The notes beneath the pieces were generated by a model. That model was not told the origin of the DNA and ran no database searches. It saw nothing but the letters and a program-made list of their open reading frames with translations. This document shows positions 30,979 through 41,570 of a stretch of 46,293 nucleotides of DNA, piece after piece; within the stretch, counting starts at the first letter, position 1, and every line of letters begins with the position of its first letter. The stretch is from a virus (Duplodnaviria; Heunggongvirae; Uroviricota; Caudoviricetes), in IMG/VR virus record IMGVR_UViG_2872164251_000001, one strand, 5' to 3'. The translations under genes were made by a program, and so were the position numbers.

Positions 30979-31606
30979 TGTACCGCTGAGTCTGAAATCT
31001 GTCAGTGACTCCGGTGAGTTTGAAGGGTATGGCTCCGTCTTTGGTGTAAAGGACAGCCACGATGATGTGGTGATGTCCGGGGCATTTGCCGCTTCCCTGC
31101 GGGCGTGGAGTGACAGAAAAGCGTTACCTGCGCTGCTCTGGCAGCACCGCATGGATGAGCCCATCGGTGTTTACACCGAAATGAAGGAAGACGATGTCGG
31201 GCTTTACGTCAGGGGGCGGTTGCTCATTGATGATGATCCCCTGGCAAAACGCGCACATGCACACATGAAGGCCGGTTCGTTAACCGGCCTTTCTATTGGG
31301 TACGTCCTGAAGGACTGGGAATACGACCGGACGAAAGAAGCCTTTCTGCTGAAAGAAATCGACCTCTGGGAAGTCAGTCTGGTGACGTTTCCGTCTAACG
31401 ACGAGGCGCGGATCAGCGACGTCAAGAACGCGCTGGCCCGCGGGGAAATCCCCGAACAGAAAAAAATCGAAAGAGTCCTGCGTGATGTCGGACTCTCCCG
31501 TACCCAAGCCAAAGCATTCATGGCCGGGGGCTATATCGCACTGTCCCTGCGCGACGCTGAGGATGTGGGCTCTGCACTGAATGCACTGAAAAATCTGAAC
31601 TTCTAA
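30956..31606 (+). CDS. Prohead protease (HK97 family)
   Basis: AAGGA RBS; position between portal and major capsid. Confidence 0.75.
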   Translation: MQTKQRLDVPLSLKSVSDSGEFEGYGSVFGVKDSHDDVVMSGAFAASLRAWSDRKALPALLWQHRMDEPIGVYTEMKEDDVGLYVRGRLLIDDDPLAKRAHAHMKAGSLTGLSIGYVLKDWEYDRTKEAFLLKEIDLWEVSLVTFPSNDEARISDVKNALARGEIPEQKKIERVLRDVGLSRTQAKAFMAGGYIALSLRDAEDVGSALNALKNLNF

Positions 31607-31620
31607 TCAGGAGAAATACG

Positions 31621-32826
31621 ATGGCGGTAGATATTAAAGATGTCGAACAGGTCGCGCAGGAGCTGCAGCAGAAGTTTGACGACTTCAAAGCAAAGAACGA
31701 CAAGCGCGTGGATGCGATTGAGCAGGAAAAAGGCAAGCTTGCCGGGCAGGTGGAAACCCTGAACGGGAAACTCAGCGAGCTGGAAAATCTCAAAAGCGAT
31801 CTTGAAAAAGAGCTGCTTGAGCTGAAACGTCCGGCAGGTGGCGCGCAAAATAAACTGGCCACCGAGCATAAAGAAGCGTTTGTGGGCTTTTTGCGTAAAG
31901 GCCGTGAAGATGGTCTGCGCGATCTGGAGCGTAAGGCATTGCAGGTGGGCACCGATGAAGACGGTGGCTATGCCGTGCCGGAAGCGCTGGATCGCAACAT
32001 TCTCACCCTGCTGAAAGATGAAGTGGTGATGCGCCAGGAAGCCACGGTGATCACCGTTGGCGGTTCCGACTACAAAAAACTGGTGAATCTGGGCGGCACG
32101 GCTTCCGGATGGGTGGGGGAAACGGATACGCGATCCCAGACTGCCACCTCCAGACTGGAGCTGATTGAACCTCTCATGGGGGAAATCTACGGCAACCCGC
32201 AGGCCACCCAGAAAATGCTGGACGATGCCTTCTTCAACGTGGAGGCCTGGATCAACAGCGAGCTGGCAACCGAATTTGCCGAACAGGAAGAAATTGCCTT
32301 TACCACCGGCGATGGTACCAAGAAGCCGAAAGGGTTCCTGGCGTATGAATCCACTGATGAAACCGATAAGGTCCGGGCGTTCGGCAAACTTCAGCATATT
32401 GTATCCGGCGAAGCGACGGCGGTGACCGCAGACGCCATTATCAAACTGATTTACACGCTGCGTAAGGCACACCGCACCGGCGCGAAGTTCATGATGAACA
32501 ACAACAGCCTGTTTGCCATCCGTCTGCTTAAAGACAGCGAGGGTAACTATCTGTGGCGTCCGGGGCTGGAACTGGGGCAGCCGTCCTCTCTGGCGGGTTA
32601 CGGTATCGCTGAAAACGAACAGATGCCGGATATCGCCGCTGATGCGAAAGCCATTGCATTTGGTAACTTCAAACGGGGTTACACCATCGTTGACCGTATC
32701 GGCACCCGCATTCTGCGTGACCCGTACACCAATAAACCGTTTGTCGGTTTTTATACCACCAAGCGCACCGGCGGGATGCTGGTCGATTCGCAGGCCATCA
32801 AACTGCTGAAGATTGCAGCGGCGTAA
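31621..32826 (+). CDS. Major capsid protein (HK97 fold) with N-terminal coiled-coil delta domain
   Basis: 401 aa, coiled-coil N-terminus then capsid-like body. Confidence 0.85.
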   Translation: MAVDIKDVEQVAQELQQKFDDFKAKNDKRVDAIEQEKGKLAGQVETLNGKLSELENLKSDLEKELLELKRPAGGAQNKLATEHKEAFVGFLRKGREDGLRDLERKALQVGTDEDGGYAVPEALDRNILTLLKDEVVMRQEATVITVGGSDYKKLVNLGGTASGWVGETDTRSQTATSRLELIEPLMGEIYGNPQATQKMLDDAFFNVEAWINSELATEFAEQEEIAFTTGDGTKKPKGFLAYESTDETDKVRAFGKLQHIVSGEATAVTADAIIKLIYTLRKAHRTGAKFMMNNNSLFAIRLLKDSEGNYLWRPGLELGQPSSLAGYGIAENEQMPDIAADAKAIAFGNFKRGYTIVDRIGTRILRDPYTNKPFVGFYTTKRTGGMLVDSQAIKLLKIAAA

Positions 32827-32875
32827 TCACTCAGGGGCGCGGAACCGCGCCCCCTGTTCTGACGGGTGAAGAATC

Positions 32876-33076
32876 ATGATCCTGAAACAAGATCTGAAAT
32901 GGTCACCGGACGGTATGCGTGTTGAGGTCATTCGGGCCGGTGAGTATGACGACGGGGCGCTTCCTGCCCGGGTGCAGGAGATTGCACTTCAGGCCGGGTT
33001 AGCAGAGCGCGGAACCAGTGCAAAAAGCAGTAAAGCGACAAAAGAGAAAAAAGCCACGACCAGTAAAGAGGGCTGA
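32876..33076 (+). CDS. Hypothetical small head-region protein
   Basis: 66-aa ORF with Lys-rich tail. Confidence 0.35.
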   Translation: MILKQDLKWSPDGMRVEVIRAGEYDDGALPARVQEIALQAGLAERGTSAKSSKATKEKKATTSKEG

Positions 33077-33078
33077 GT

Positions 33079-33402
33079 ATGCTTCTGACAATGGAAGAGA
33101 TTAAAGCCCAACTCCGGCTGGATGAGGATTTCGATGCTGATGACCGCCATCTGCAACTGCTGGCCTGTGCGGCACAAAAGCGGACGGAAACGTATCTGAA
33201 CCGGAAGCTCTATGCACCGGATGAAACCATTCCGGACAGCGATCCGGACGGGCTGCACCTGCCGGATGATATTCGTCTGGGGATGCTGATGCTTATCAGC
33301 CATTTTTACGAAAACCGCTCGTCGGTTACGGAAGTGGAGAAACTTGACATGCCGCAGAGTTTTGGCTGGCTTGTCGGCCCGTACAGGTACTTTCCGCAAT
33401 GA
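33079..33402 (+). CDS. Head-tail connector protein (gp6-like)
   Basis: Position and size. Confidence 0.55.
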   Translation: MLLTMEEIKAQLRLDEDFDADDRHLQLLACAAQKRTETYLNRKLYAPDETIPDSDPDGLHLPDDIRLGMLMLISHFYENRSSVTEVEKLDMPQSFGWLVGPYRYFPQ

Positions 33403-33809
33403 AAATTCGTCAGGCGCAGACCAGCGCAACCTACATTCTGCCGGACCCCGGTGAACTGAATAAACGCGTCCTGATCCGCCTGCGGGTGGATATGCCCGCG
33501 GATAACTTTGGCGTGGAGCCTCAATACCTGATTACGTTCCGGACATGGGCGAAGGTTATCCAGACCAGTGCCACCACCTGGCAGGAAACCGCGCAGACCG
33601 GGGACGCCATCACCCATTACATCACCATTCGTTACCGCCGGGGGATTACCGCTGATTATGAGGTGGTCTGCGGTGACAGTGTGTACCGGGTGAAACGTCA
33701 GCGCGATCTGAACGGGGCGCGGCGCTTTCTGCTGCTGGAGTGTACGGAACTGGGCGAATGTGGGCAGAGTCACGGAGGCAACAATGACGACTTCCTTTTT
33801 GCACGTTGA
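33399..33809 (+). CDS. Head closure/adaptor protein
   Basis: Position and size, overlapping starts. Confidence 0.5.
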   Translation: MKIRQAQTSATYILPDPGELNKRVLIRLRVDMPADNFGVEPQYLITFRTWAKVIQTSATTWQETAQTGDAITHYITIRYRRGITADYEVVCGDSVYRVKRQRDLNGARRFLLLECTELGECGQSHGGNNDDFLFAR

Positions 33810-34290
33810 TTTTCAGCAGCCCGCGGAGATGCGCTTTAACCGCGCCCGTGTCCGGCGGGCGTTTGTCACGATTGGTCAGCGTCATATGCGTGATGCCCGT
33901 CGGCTGGTGATGCGCCGTGCGCGGTCGGCACCGGGTGAAAACCCCGGTTATCAGACCGGACGCCTGGCTCGTTCGATTGGTTACATGGTACCCAGAGCCA
34001 GTAAACATCGCCCTGGTTTTATGGCACGTATAGCCCCTAACCAGCGTAATGGAGAGGGAAACCGCCGTATCACCGGTGATTTTTATCCGGCTTTTTTGTT
34101 CTATGGCGTGAGGCGAGGGGCAAAGCGTCGTCGCAGCCATCATCGTGGTGCATCCGGTGGCAGCGGCTGGCGACTGGCTCCACGTAATAACTTTATGGTG
34201 GAAACGCTTGAAAAGAACCGCAGCTGGACACGCTATTTTCTGGCGCGGGAATTGCGTAAATCACTGAAGCCGGAGCGACGACACAGATGA
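33784..34290 (+). CDS. Virion morphogenesis protein (Mu G-like)
   Basis: Arg-rich protein before tail genes. Confidence 0.45.
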   Translation: MTTSFLHVDFQQPAEMRFNRARVRRAFVTIGQRHMRDARRLVMRRARSAPGENPGYQTGRLARSIGYMVPRASKHRPGFMARIAPNQRNGEGNRRITGDFYPAFLFYGVRRGAKRRRSHHRGASGGSGWRLAPRNNFMVETLEKNRSWTRYFLARELRKSLKPERRHR

Positions 34291-34847
34291 AACTGACGCC
34301 TGTTATTGCTGCGCTGCGTGCCCGCTGCCCGTATTTTGAAAACCGGGTGGCAGGCGCGGCACAGTTCAAAAATCTGCCGGAGGTCGGAAAGCTGAGACTC
34401 CCGGCGGCGTATGTGGTACCGGGTGATGACTCTCCGGGAGAAAACAAAAGCCAGACCGACTACTGGCAGGAGCTGAAAGAGGGCTTCTCCGTGGTTGTCA
34501 TACTGAGTAACGGGCGTGATGAGCGCGGTCAGTTTGCCTCGTATGATGTGGTGGACGATGTCCGGCAAATGCTCTTTAAGGCCCTGCTGGGCTGGAACCC
34601 GGAAGCGTGCGGTAACCCGATTACCTATGACGGCGGCACGCTGCTGGATCTGAATCGTCATGAGCTGATTTATCAGTTCGATTTTTCGGTCATCAGCGAG
34701 TTGACCGAAGACGATACCCGCCAGCAGGATGACCTGAACAGTCTGGATGAACTGCGAACGCTGGCGATTGATGTTGATTATCTAGAGCCCGGTAACGGGC
34801 CTGACGGCGATATCGAACATCACACCGAAATAACCCTTCCTTCCTGA
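34287..34847 (+). CDS. Tail terminator-like protein (Mu gp37-like)
   Basis: Position upstream of sheath. Confidence 0.45.
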   Translation: MKLTPVIAALRARCPYFENRVAGAAQFKNLPEVGKLRLPAAYVVPGDDSPGENKSQTDYWQELKEGFSVVVILSNGRDERGQFASYDVVDDVRQMLFKALLGWNPEACGNPITYDGGTLLDLNRHELIYQFDFSVISELTEDDTRQQDDLNSLDELRTLAIDVDYLEPGNGPDGDIEHHTEITLPS

Positions 34848-34856
34848 GAATCTTCA

Positions 34857-35024
34857 TGTTTGTGAAACCTGTTAAAGGGCGGTCAGTTCCTGACCCTGCC
34901 CGCGGAGACCTTTTGCCCGCCGAGGGGCGAAATGTTGATGAGAACAACTACTGGCTGCGCCGTGAAGCAGCGGGTGATATCCGGCGCGTGAATGAAAAGG
35001 TGAATACCGATGACGAGCTTTAAC
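34857..35024 (+). CDS. Small protein (Mu gp38-like)
   Basis: 55-aa ORF just before sheath. Confidence 0.35.
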
Positions 35025-36503
35025 ACCATTCCGTCAAATACGCTGGTTCCGATTTTTTATGCGGAAATGGATAACTCGGCGGCGAATACTGCACAGGACA
35101 GCGGAGCATCGCTGCTGATTGGTCATGCCAATAACGGTGCAGAGATTGTTGCCAACAGTCTGGTGCTGATGCCATCGGCAGACTATGCACGCCAGATTTG
35201 TGGTGCGGGAAGTCAGCTGGCGCGTATGGTCGAGGCTTATCGCCAGACCGACCCGTTTGGTGAGCTGTATGTGATTGCCGTTCCAGAAGCCACAGGCGCG
35301 GCGGCAACGGTTACGCTGACGGTGACCGGGGAAGCAACCGAAAGCGGCACGGTGAATGTCTATGTGGGACGTACCCGCGTGCAGGCTCCGGTGACCAACG
35401 GCGATAACGTCACGACGATTGCCAGCAGTATCCAGGATGCCATCAATGCCGTTCCGGCCCTGCCGTTTACGGCTTCATCTTCGGCAGGCGTGGTCACACT
35501 GACCGCGCGTCATAAGGGGCTTTGCGGGAATGAAATTCCTGTCAGCCTCAATTACTACGGCTTTGGTGGGGGCGAAGTGCTGCCAGCGGGCGTACAGATT
35601 GCCGTGGCGACGGGTACCGCCGGAACGGGTGCTCCGGTTCTCACCGGCGCGGTGGCTGCAATGGCGGATGAGCCGTTTGATTATATCGGCCTGCCGTTCA
35701 ACGACACGGCCTCCGTTAACACGCTGGTGACCGAGATGAACGATACCAGCGGTCGCTGGAGCTATGCGCGTCAGCTGTATGGTCATGTGTATACGGCAAA
35801 GATCGGCACGCTGTCAGAACTGGTGACCGCAGGTGACCAGTTTAACCAGCAGCACATTACCCTGGCGGGATACGAAAAAGAGACCCAGACGCCTGCCGAC
35901 GAGCTGGCGGCAAGCCGTACCGCCCGCGCAGCGGTGTTTATTCGCAACGATCCGGCACGTCCCACGCAGACCGGTGAGCTGGTGGGTATGCTGCCTGCGC
36001 CGAAGGGGAAACGGTTCACGATGACCGAACAACAGACCCTGCTGTCTCATGGCGTGGCAACGGCGTATGTCGAAAGCGGGGTGCTGCGCATTCAGCGTGA
36101 TGTCACCACGTACAGGAAAAACGCTTACGGTGTTGCGGATAACAGCTACCTCGACAGCGAGACGCTGCATACCAGCGCGTATGTGCTGCGCAAACTGAAA
36201 TCCGTCATTACCAGTAAGTACGGGCGTCACAAGCTTGCCAGCGACGGTACCCGCTTTGGTCCCGGTCAGGCGATTGTCACACCGGCGGTGATCAAAGGGG
36301 AACTGCTGGCAACCTACCGTCAGCTTGAGCGTGCGGGGATCGTGGAAAACTACGAACTGTTTAAGCAGTACCTGGTTGTGGAGCGTGATGCCAGCGATCC
36401 GAACCGCCTGAACACGCTGTTCCCGCCTGACTATGTTAACCAGTTGCGTGTCTTTGCCGTGGTTAACCAGTTCCGTCTTCAGTATTCAGAGGAGTCTGCA
36501 TAA
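35010..36503 (+). CDS. Contractile tail sheath protein
   Basis: 497 aa followed by tube gene. Confidence 0.8.
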   Translation: MTSFNTIPSNTLVPIFYAEMDNSAANTAQDSGASLLIGHANNGAEIVANSLVLMPSADYARQICGAGSQLARMVEAYRQTDPFGELYVIAVPEATGAAATVTLTVTGEATESGTVNVYVGRTRVQAPVTNGDNVTTIASSIQDAINAVPALPFTASSSAGVVTLTARHKGLCGNEIPVSLNYYGFGGGEVLPAGVQIAVATGTAGTGAPVLTGAVAAMADEPFDYIGLPFNDTASVNTLVTEMNDTSGRWSYARQLYGHVYTAKIGTLSELVTAGDQFNQQHITLAGYEKETQTPADELAASRTARAAVFIRNDPARPTQTGELVGMLPAPKGKRFTMTEQQTLLSHGVATAYVESGVLRIQRDVTTYRKNAYGVADNSYLDSETLHTSAYVLRKLKSVITSKYGRHKLASDGTRFGPGQAIVTPAVIKGELLATYRQLERAGIVENYELFKQYLVVERDASDPNRLNTLFPPDYVNQLRVFAVVNQFRLQYSEESA

Positions 36504-36859
36504 TGGCCCGTATCGGGGGAACCTGTTATTTCAAAATTGACGGTCAACAGCTATCGCTGACCGGCGGCATTGAGGTGCCCATGAACAGGACGGTCAATGA
36601 TGACATCATCGGCCTGGACGGTTCAGTGGACCGCAAGGAAACTCACCGTGCGCCTTATGTCAAAGGGACCTTCAAGGTGCCGAAGAATTTTCCGGCGAGC
36701 AAAATCACCTCGTCTGATGAGATGACCATCACTGCCGAGCTGGCGAACGGTCAGGTCTATGTACTGTCGTCTGCCTGGCTGCACGGCGAAGCGAACCATA
36801 ATGCCGAAGAAGGCACGGTCGATCTTGAGTTCCACGGTGAAGAAGGGGATTACCAGTAA
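36503..36859 (+). CDS. Tail tube protein
   Basis: 118 aa between sheath and chaperone. Confidence 0.7.
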   Translation: MARIGGTCYFKIDGQQLSLTGGIEVPMNRTVNDDIIGLDGSVDRKETHRAPYVKGTFKVPKNFPASKITSSDEMTITAELANGQVYVLSSAWLHGEANHNAEEGTVDLEFHGEEGDYQ

Positions 36860-37128
36860 TGAAAGAGCTTGAGTTAAAGAAACCGATTACCGCTCATGGC
36901 GAGACACTCTCCGTACTGGAGTTTGATGAGCCCACCGGGAAAGATGTCCGCGAGCTGGGGTATCCCTACCAGATGAATCAGGATGAGTCCGTCAGACTTC
37001 TGGCGCATGTGGTATCGAAATATATTGTGCGGCTGGCGAAAGTGCCGCAAAGCTCTGTCGACCAGATGTCTCCGGCAGACCTGAATGCAGCGGCGTGGCT
37101 TGTGGCTGGTTTTTTCCTCCAGGCCTGA
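36859..37128 (+). CDS. Tail assembly chaperone (G-like)
   Basis: 89 aa, ends with slippery T_TTT_TTC. Confidence 0.6.
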   Translation: MKELELKKPITAHGETLSVLEFDEPTGKDVRELGYPYQMNQDESVRLLAHVVSKYIVRLAKVPQSSVDQMSPADLNAAAWLVAGFFLQA

Positions 37129-37277
37129 CGGCTGAATACCTTACTGATCGCTTCTTTGATTGCGCCAGCTACTGGCGCATTAATCCCTTCGAATTGCTGA
37201 ATATGCCGATCAGTGAAATTCCCTTGCTGGTCAGTCAGGCAAACAGGATAGAGCAGGAGAAACGCACACATGGCTGA
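36859..37277 (+). CDS. Tail assembly chaperone frameshift product (GT-like) via -1 shift at 37110-37116
   Basis: -1 frame open from slippery site to 37277, overlapping tape-measure start. Confidence 0.45.
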
Positions 37278-39105
37278 ATTTGAGCTTAAGGCGTTGATCA
37301 CCGGTGTCGACAGGCTTTCTCCCGCGCTGTCGAAAATGCAAAAGAAAATCCGGGGATTTAAACGCCAGGCGGAAGAAGCGTCACAGGGTGGGCTGGCGCT
37401 TGGTGGCGGACTGGCAGCGGGTCTGACGCTTTCCCTGAAATCTTATGCCGATCAGGAAAACGCCGCCACCGGGCTGAAAGTCGCCATGATGGATGCGAAT
37501 GGCGAGGTTGGAAAGAGCTTTCAGGACATCAATAAACTGGCTATTGGCCTGGGTAACCAGCTACCCGGTACAACGGCTGATTTCCAGAACATGATGCAGA
37601 TGCTGGTGCGTCAGGGGATCCCGGCAGAAAATATTCTTGGCGGTGTGGGTAAAGCGACAGCTTATCTTGCGGTACAACTGAAAAAAACACCGGAAGCGGC
37701 TGCTGAGTTTGCTGCAAAGATGCAGGATGCTACCGGAACGGCGTCAGAAGACATGATGGGGCTGTTCGACACTATCCAGAAGGCGTTTTATCTGGGCGTT
37801 GACGATACCAACATGTTGTCCTTCTTCACTAAAACCAGTTCTGTTCTGAAGATGGTGAACAAGGACGGTCTTCAGGCTGCACAGAGCCTTGCCCCCATCA
37901 GCGTCATGATGGATCAGATGGGGATGAACGGGGAGTCGGCAGGTAATGCCCTGCGAAAAGTTATCCAGTCCGGATTAAGCGTTAAGAAAATCAGGGACGT
38001 CAATAAAATCATGGCCCGCCAGAAACTCGGGGTACAGCTCGATTTTACTGACGGCAAAGGAAGTTTTGGCGGTCTTGATAACATGTTCAGGCAACTGGCA
38101 AAGCTGCGAAAACTGACCGACGTTAAGCGAACAGGTGTACTTAAGGCAATATTTGGTGATGATGCCGAAACCCTTCAGGTGGTCAATGCACTAATCGATA
38201 AAGGAAAGGATGGCTACGATCAGATCCAGCAGAAGATGAATAAACAGGCCAGCCTGAATAAACGTGTTCAGGCCCAGCTTGGTACGCTGTCCAACCTGTG
38301 GGAGGCAATGACGGGGACCGCAACTAACGGCCTTGCGGCTATTGGCGGCGCATTTTCTGGTGACGCCAAAAATATCACGCAATGGCTGGGGGAGTTGGGG
38401 GAGAAATTCACGAAGTTTGCGGATGAAAATCCCCGGGTTATTCGCGGCGTCGTCGGGCTTGCTGCCGGTCTTGCGATTCTGAAACTGGGATTGATGGGCG
38501 TGGGCAGTGCCATCAGTATCGTCAGCAGGATCATGTCGATGACGCCGATTGGCATGATTGCGACGGCGATTGCCCTGGCTGCGGGATTAATTATCACTAA
38601 CTGGGATGTTGTCGGACCTTATTTCAAGAAGCTCTGGGAAACCATTGGTCCTTATTTTGAGGCTGGCTGGGAACTCCTTAAGAAAGTTTTTGCCTGGTCG
38701 CCGCTGGGGATGGTGATCAATCACTGGGGGCCGGTTGTTAAGTGGTTTCAGGATATGTGGGACAAGCTGAAGCCAATTATTGAGTGGTTTACCGACAGTT
38801 CCGGAGACACGGTCGATGCCATTAACTCTGCGCAGTGGGGCGCGGGTGCTTATGATGCTTATGGGACGGGAATACCGGCACGGGGATACACACCTTATCC
38901 GGCGGTGGATCCGGCTCAGTCAAACAACGCCTCCGATGCCACAGGCCCGAATCCCTTCATGATTAACAAAGCTTCTGCGCCAAAAGTTGATGGTGAGATC
39001 AAGGTCTCTTTTGTGAATTCGCCTCCGGGGATGCGGGTTATGGAAACGCGATCCAGCGGTTTTGATGTCAGCCATGATGTTGGCTATACGCGCTTTGGCA
39101 GGTAA
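37270..39105 (+). CDS. Tail tape measure protein
   Basis: 611 aa, Gly/Ala-rich, TM-like segments. Confidence 0.85.
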   Translation: MAEFELKALITGVDRLSPALSKMQKKIRGFKRQAEEASQGGLALGGGLAAGLTLSLKSYADQENAATGLKVAMMDANGEVGKSFQDINKLAIGLGNQLPGTTADFQNMMQMLVRQGIPAENILGGVGKATAYLAVQLKKTPEAAAEFAAKMQDATGTASEDMMGLFDTIQKAFYLGVDDTNMLSFFTKTSSVLKMVNKDGLQAAQSLAPISVMMDQMGMNGESAGNALRKVIQSGLSVKKIRDVNKIMARQKLGVQLDFTDGKGSFGGLDNMFRQLAKLRKLTDVKRTGVLKAIFGDDAETLQVVNALIDKGKDGYDQIQQKMNKQASLNKRVQAQLGTLSNLWEAMTGTATNGLAAIGGAFSGDAKNITQWLGELGEKFTKFADENPRVIRGVVGLAAGLAILKLGLMGVGSAISIVSRIMSMTPIGMIATAIALAAGLIITNWDVVGPYFKKLWETIGPYFEAGWELLKKVFAWSPLGMVINHWGPVVKWFQDMWDKLKPIIEWFTDSSGDTVDAINSAQWGAGAYDAYGTGIPARGYTPYPAVDPAQSNNASDATGPNPFMINKASAPKVDGEIKVSFVNSPPGMRVMETRSSGFDVSHDVGYTRFGR

Positions 39106-39165
39106 TGAAAAATTAATCTGTTAATGAGTCCCACTCCGGTGGGATTTTTTATGTACGGAGTTTAT

Positions 39166-40494
39166 ATGACGTGGAAAGACAGACTTCAGGACGCGTCATT
39201 TCGCGGTGTGCCGTTTAAGGTTGAAGAAGAAAGTGCGGGAACCGGTCGTCGTGTGGAAACGCACGAATACCCGAACCGCGACAAACCCTATACCGAAGAC
39301 CTGGGGAAAATCACTTTCCGCCCGTCCATCACGGCTTATGTGGTGGGCGATGACTGCTTTGACCAGCGCGATCGCCTGATTGACGCGCTGAATAAACCCG
39401 GTCCCGGCACGCTTGTCCATCCGACATACGGTGAGCTGAAAGTCTGTGTTGACGGAGAAGTTCGGGTCAGCACATCGAAGAATGAAGGGCGTATTGTCCG
39501 CTTTGACCTGAAGTTTGTCGAAGCGGGAGAACTCTCTTACCCCACATCAGGTGCGGCGACGGCGCAGACGCTGATGTCATCCTGTTCTGCACTGGATGAC
39601 TGCATCAGTGACAGCTTCAGCGGTTTCAGTATCGATGGTGTGGCGGATTTCGTGCAGAACGACGTTATCGGTAATGCCAGCATAATGCTGGGGTATGTTT
39701 CTGATGCGATGAAAGTGGTGGATTCTGCCGTATCGGATGTCGCCAGGCTGTTGCAGGGGGATATCTCGGTACTTCTGCCGCCGCCATCGTCAGGCAAAAA
39801 TTTCGTTGAGCAGGTGCAGAAAATGTGGCGTACCGGGAAACGCCTTTATGGTAACGCCAGCGACCTGGTCACCATGATCAAAACGCTTTCCGGTGTCAGC
39901 CTCGGCAGCGATCTGCAACCGCGCGGCGTCTGGAAAACGGACAGTAAAACCACCGCCACGGCGACGCAGCAGCGTAACGTGGTTGCCAGCACCCTTCGTA
40001 CGACCGCAATCAGCGAAGCGGCGTATGCCGTCACCCGATTGCCTGCGCCAACAACTTCCGCGGTGATGCAGAATGCCGCAGTGGGGCAGGCAACAACACC
40101 CGCGCAGAGCACTTGCTGGCCTTCCGCCACGCATCCGGCACTGAACAATGCACCGGCGGTGAAAAACACGGTTGACCTGCCGACGTGGGAAGAACTGACT
40201 GACATTCGCGACACACTGAATACGGCAATTGATAAGGAGTTGTCCCGTACAACCAGCGATGCGCTGTTTCTGGCGCTGCGCCGGGTGAAAGCAGATCTGA
40301 ATGCGGATATCAACACGCGCCTTGAACAGTCTGCACGGATCATTCAGCGCACACCGGATGAGGTTTTACCCGCGCTGGTGCTGGCGGCGACCTGGTTTGA
40401 TAACGCGGCGCGTGACGCGGACATTATCCGGCGTAATGCCATTACGCATCCCGGCTTTGTGCCGGTGATCCCTCTGAAGGTGCCAGTGCAATGA
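39166..40494 (+). CDS. DNA circularization protein (Mu N-like)
   Basis: Position after tape measure; GGAG RBS before MTWKD. Confidence 0.6.
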   Translation: MTWKDRLQDASFRGVPFKVEEESAGTGRRVETHEYPNRDKPYTEDLGKITFRPSITAYVVGDDCFDQRDRLIDALNKPGPGTLVHPTYGELKVCVDGEVRVSTSKNEGRIVRFDLKFVEAGELSYPTSGAATAQTLMSSCSALDDCISDSFSGFSIDGVADFVQNDVIGNASIMLGYVSDAMKVVDSAVSDVARLLQGDISVLLPPPSSGKNFVEQVQKMWRTGKRLYGNASDLVTMIKTLSGVSLGSDLQPRGVWKTDSKTTATATQQRNVVASTLRTTAISEAAYAVTRLPAPTTSAVMQNAAVGQATTPAQSTCWPSATHPALNNAPAVKNTVDLPTWEELTDIRDTLNTAIDKELSRTTSDALFLALRRVKADLNADINTRLEQSARIIQRTPDEVLPALVLAATWFDNAARDADIIRRNAITHPGFVPVIPLKVPVQ

Positions 40495-41570
40495 ACGATA
40501 ACGTCACGCTACGGGTAAATGGCCGGGAGTGGAATGGCTGGACATCGGTGCGCATCGGTGCCGGTATTGAACGGCTGGCGCGGGATTTCAGTGTGGAGAT
40601 CTCCCGCCAGTGGCCGGGAGATGGGGGTATCACCACGCTTCAGCCGCGCATTAAAAACGGTTCAAAAGTGGAAGTGCTGATTGGTGATGAGCTGGTGATC
40701 ACCGGCTGGGTGGAGGCGACGCCCGTTCGTTACGATGCCCGTTCGGTCAGCACCGGTATTGCCGGACGCAGTCTGACGGCTGACCTGATTGACTGTGCAG
40801 CCGAACCGACACAGTTTAACGGACGAGAGCTGGTACAGATTGCGCAGGCGCTTGCTGCGCCTTTCGGCATTGAGGTGGTGAACAACGGTGCGCCGTCGGG
40901 TGTTATTCCTGACGTCCAGCCCGATCACGGTGAAACGGTGATTGAGGTAATCAACAAAATACTCGGTCAGCAGCAGGCACTGGCTTACGACGACCCGCAC
41001 GGCAGGCTGGTGATTGGTGGTATTGGCTCAACGCGGGCACATACTGCGCTGGTACTCGGGGAAAACATCCTTTCCTGCGATACGGAGAAGAGTATCCGGG
41101 AGCGGTTTTCTGTTTACCAGGTGGCGGGGCAGCGTGCCGGAAACGACGATGATTTCGGTGAGGCCACCACCACCGCGCTGCGGGCCCGCACAGAGGACGC
41201 ATTTATTGCCCGTTACCGTCCGATGTATATCAGGCAGACAGGGCAGGCTACGGGGGCAGGCTGTATTGCGCGTGCTGACTTTGAAGCCCGGCAACGGGCG
41301 GCGCGGACGGATGAAACCACCTATGTGGTGCAGGGCTGGCGACAGGGTAACGGTACGCTGTGGCAGCCCAACCAGCGGGTGATTGTCTTCGATCCGGTCT
41401 GTGGTTTTGACAATACCGAACTGCTTGTCTCGGAAGTCACGTTTACTCAGGACCAGAATGGCACTCTGACGGAAATCCGTGTCGGCCCGCCTGATGCTTA
41501 TCTGCCTGAACCCGAAGACCCCGGCGCGCGGAAAAAGAAAAAAGCCAGAGTACAGGAGGACCCGTTCTGA
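40491..41570 (+). CDS. Baseplate hub protein (Mu gp44 / P2 gpD-like)
   Basis: 359 aa in baseplate cluster. Confidence 0.6.
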   Translation: MNDNVTLRVNGREWNGWTSVRIGAGIERLARDFSVEISRQWPGDGGITTLQPRIKNGSKVEVLIGDELVITGWVEATPVRYDARSVSTGIAGRSLTADLIDCAAEPTQFNGRELVQIAQALAAPFGIEVVNNGAPSGVIPDVQPDHGETVIEVINKILGQQQALAYDDPHGRLVIGGIGSTRAHTALVLGENILSCDTEKSIRERFSVYQVAGQRAGNDDDFGEATTTALRARTEDAFIARYRPMYIRQTGQATGAGCIARADFEARQRAARTDETTYVVQGWRQGNGTLWQPNQRVIVFDPVCGFDNTELLVSEVTFTQDQNGTLTEIRVGPPDAYLPEPEDPGARKKKKARVQEDPF

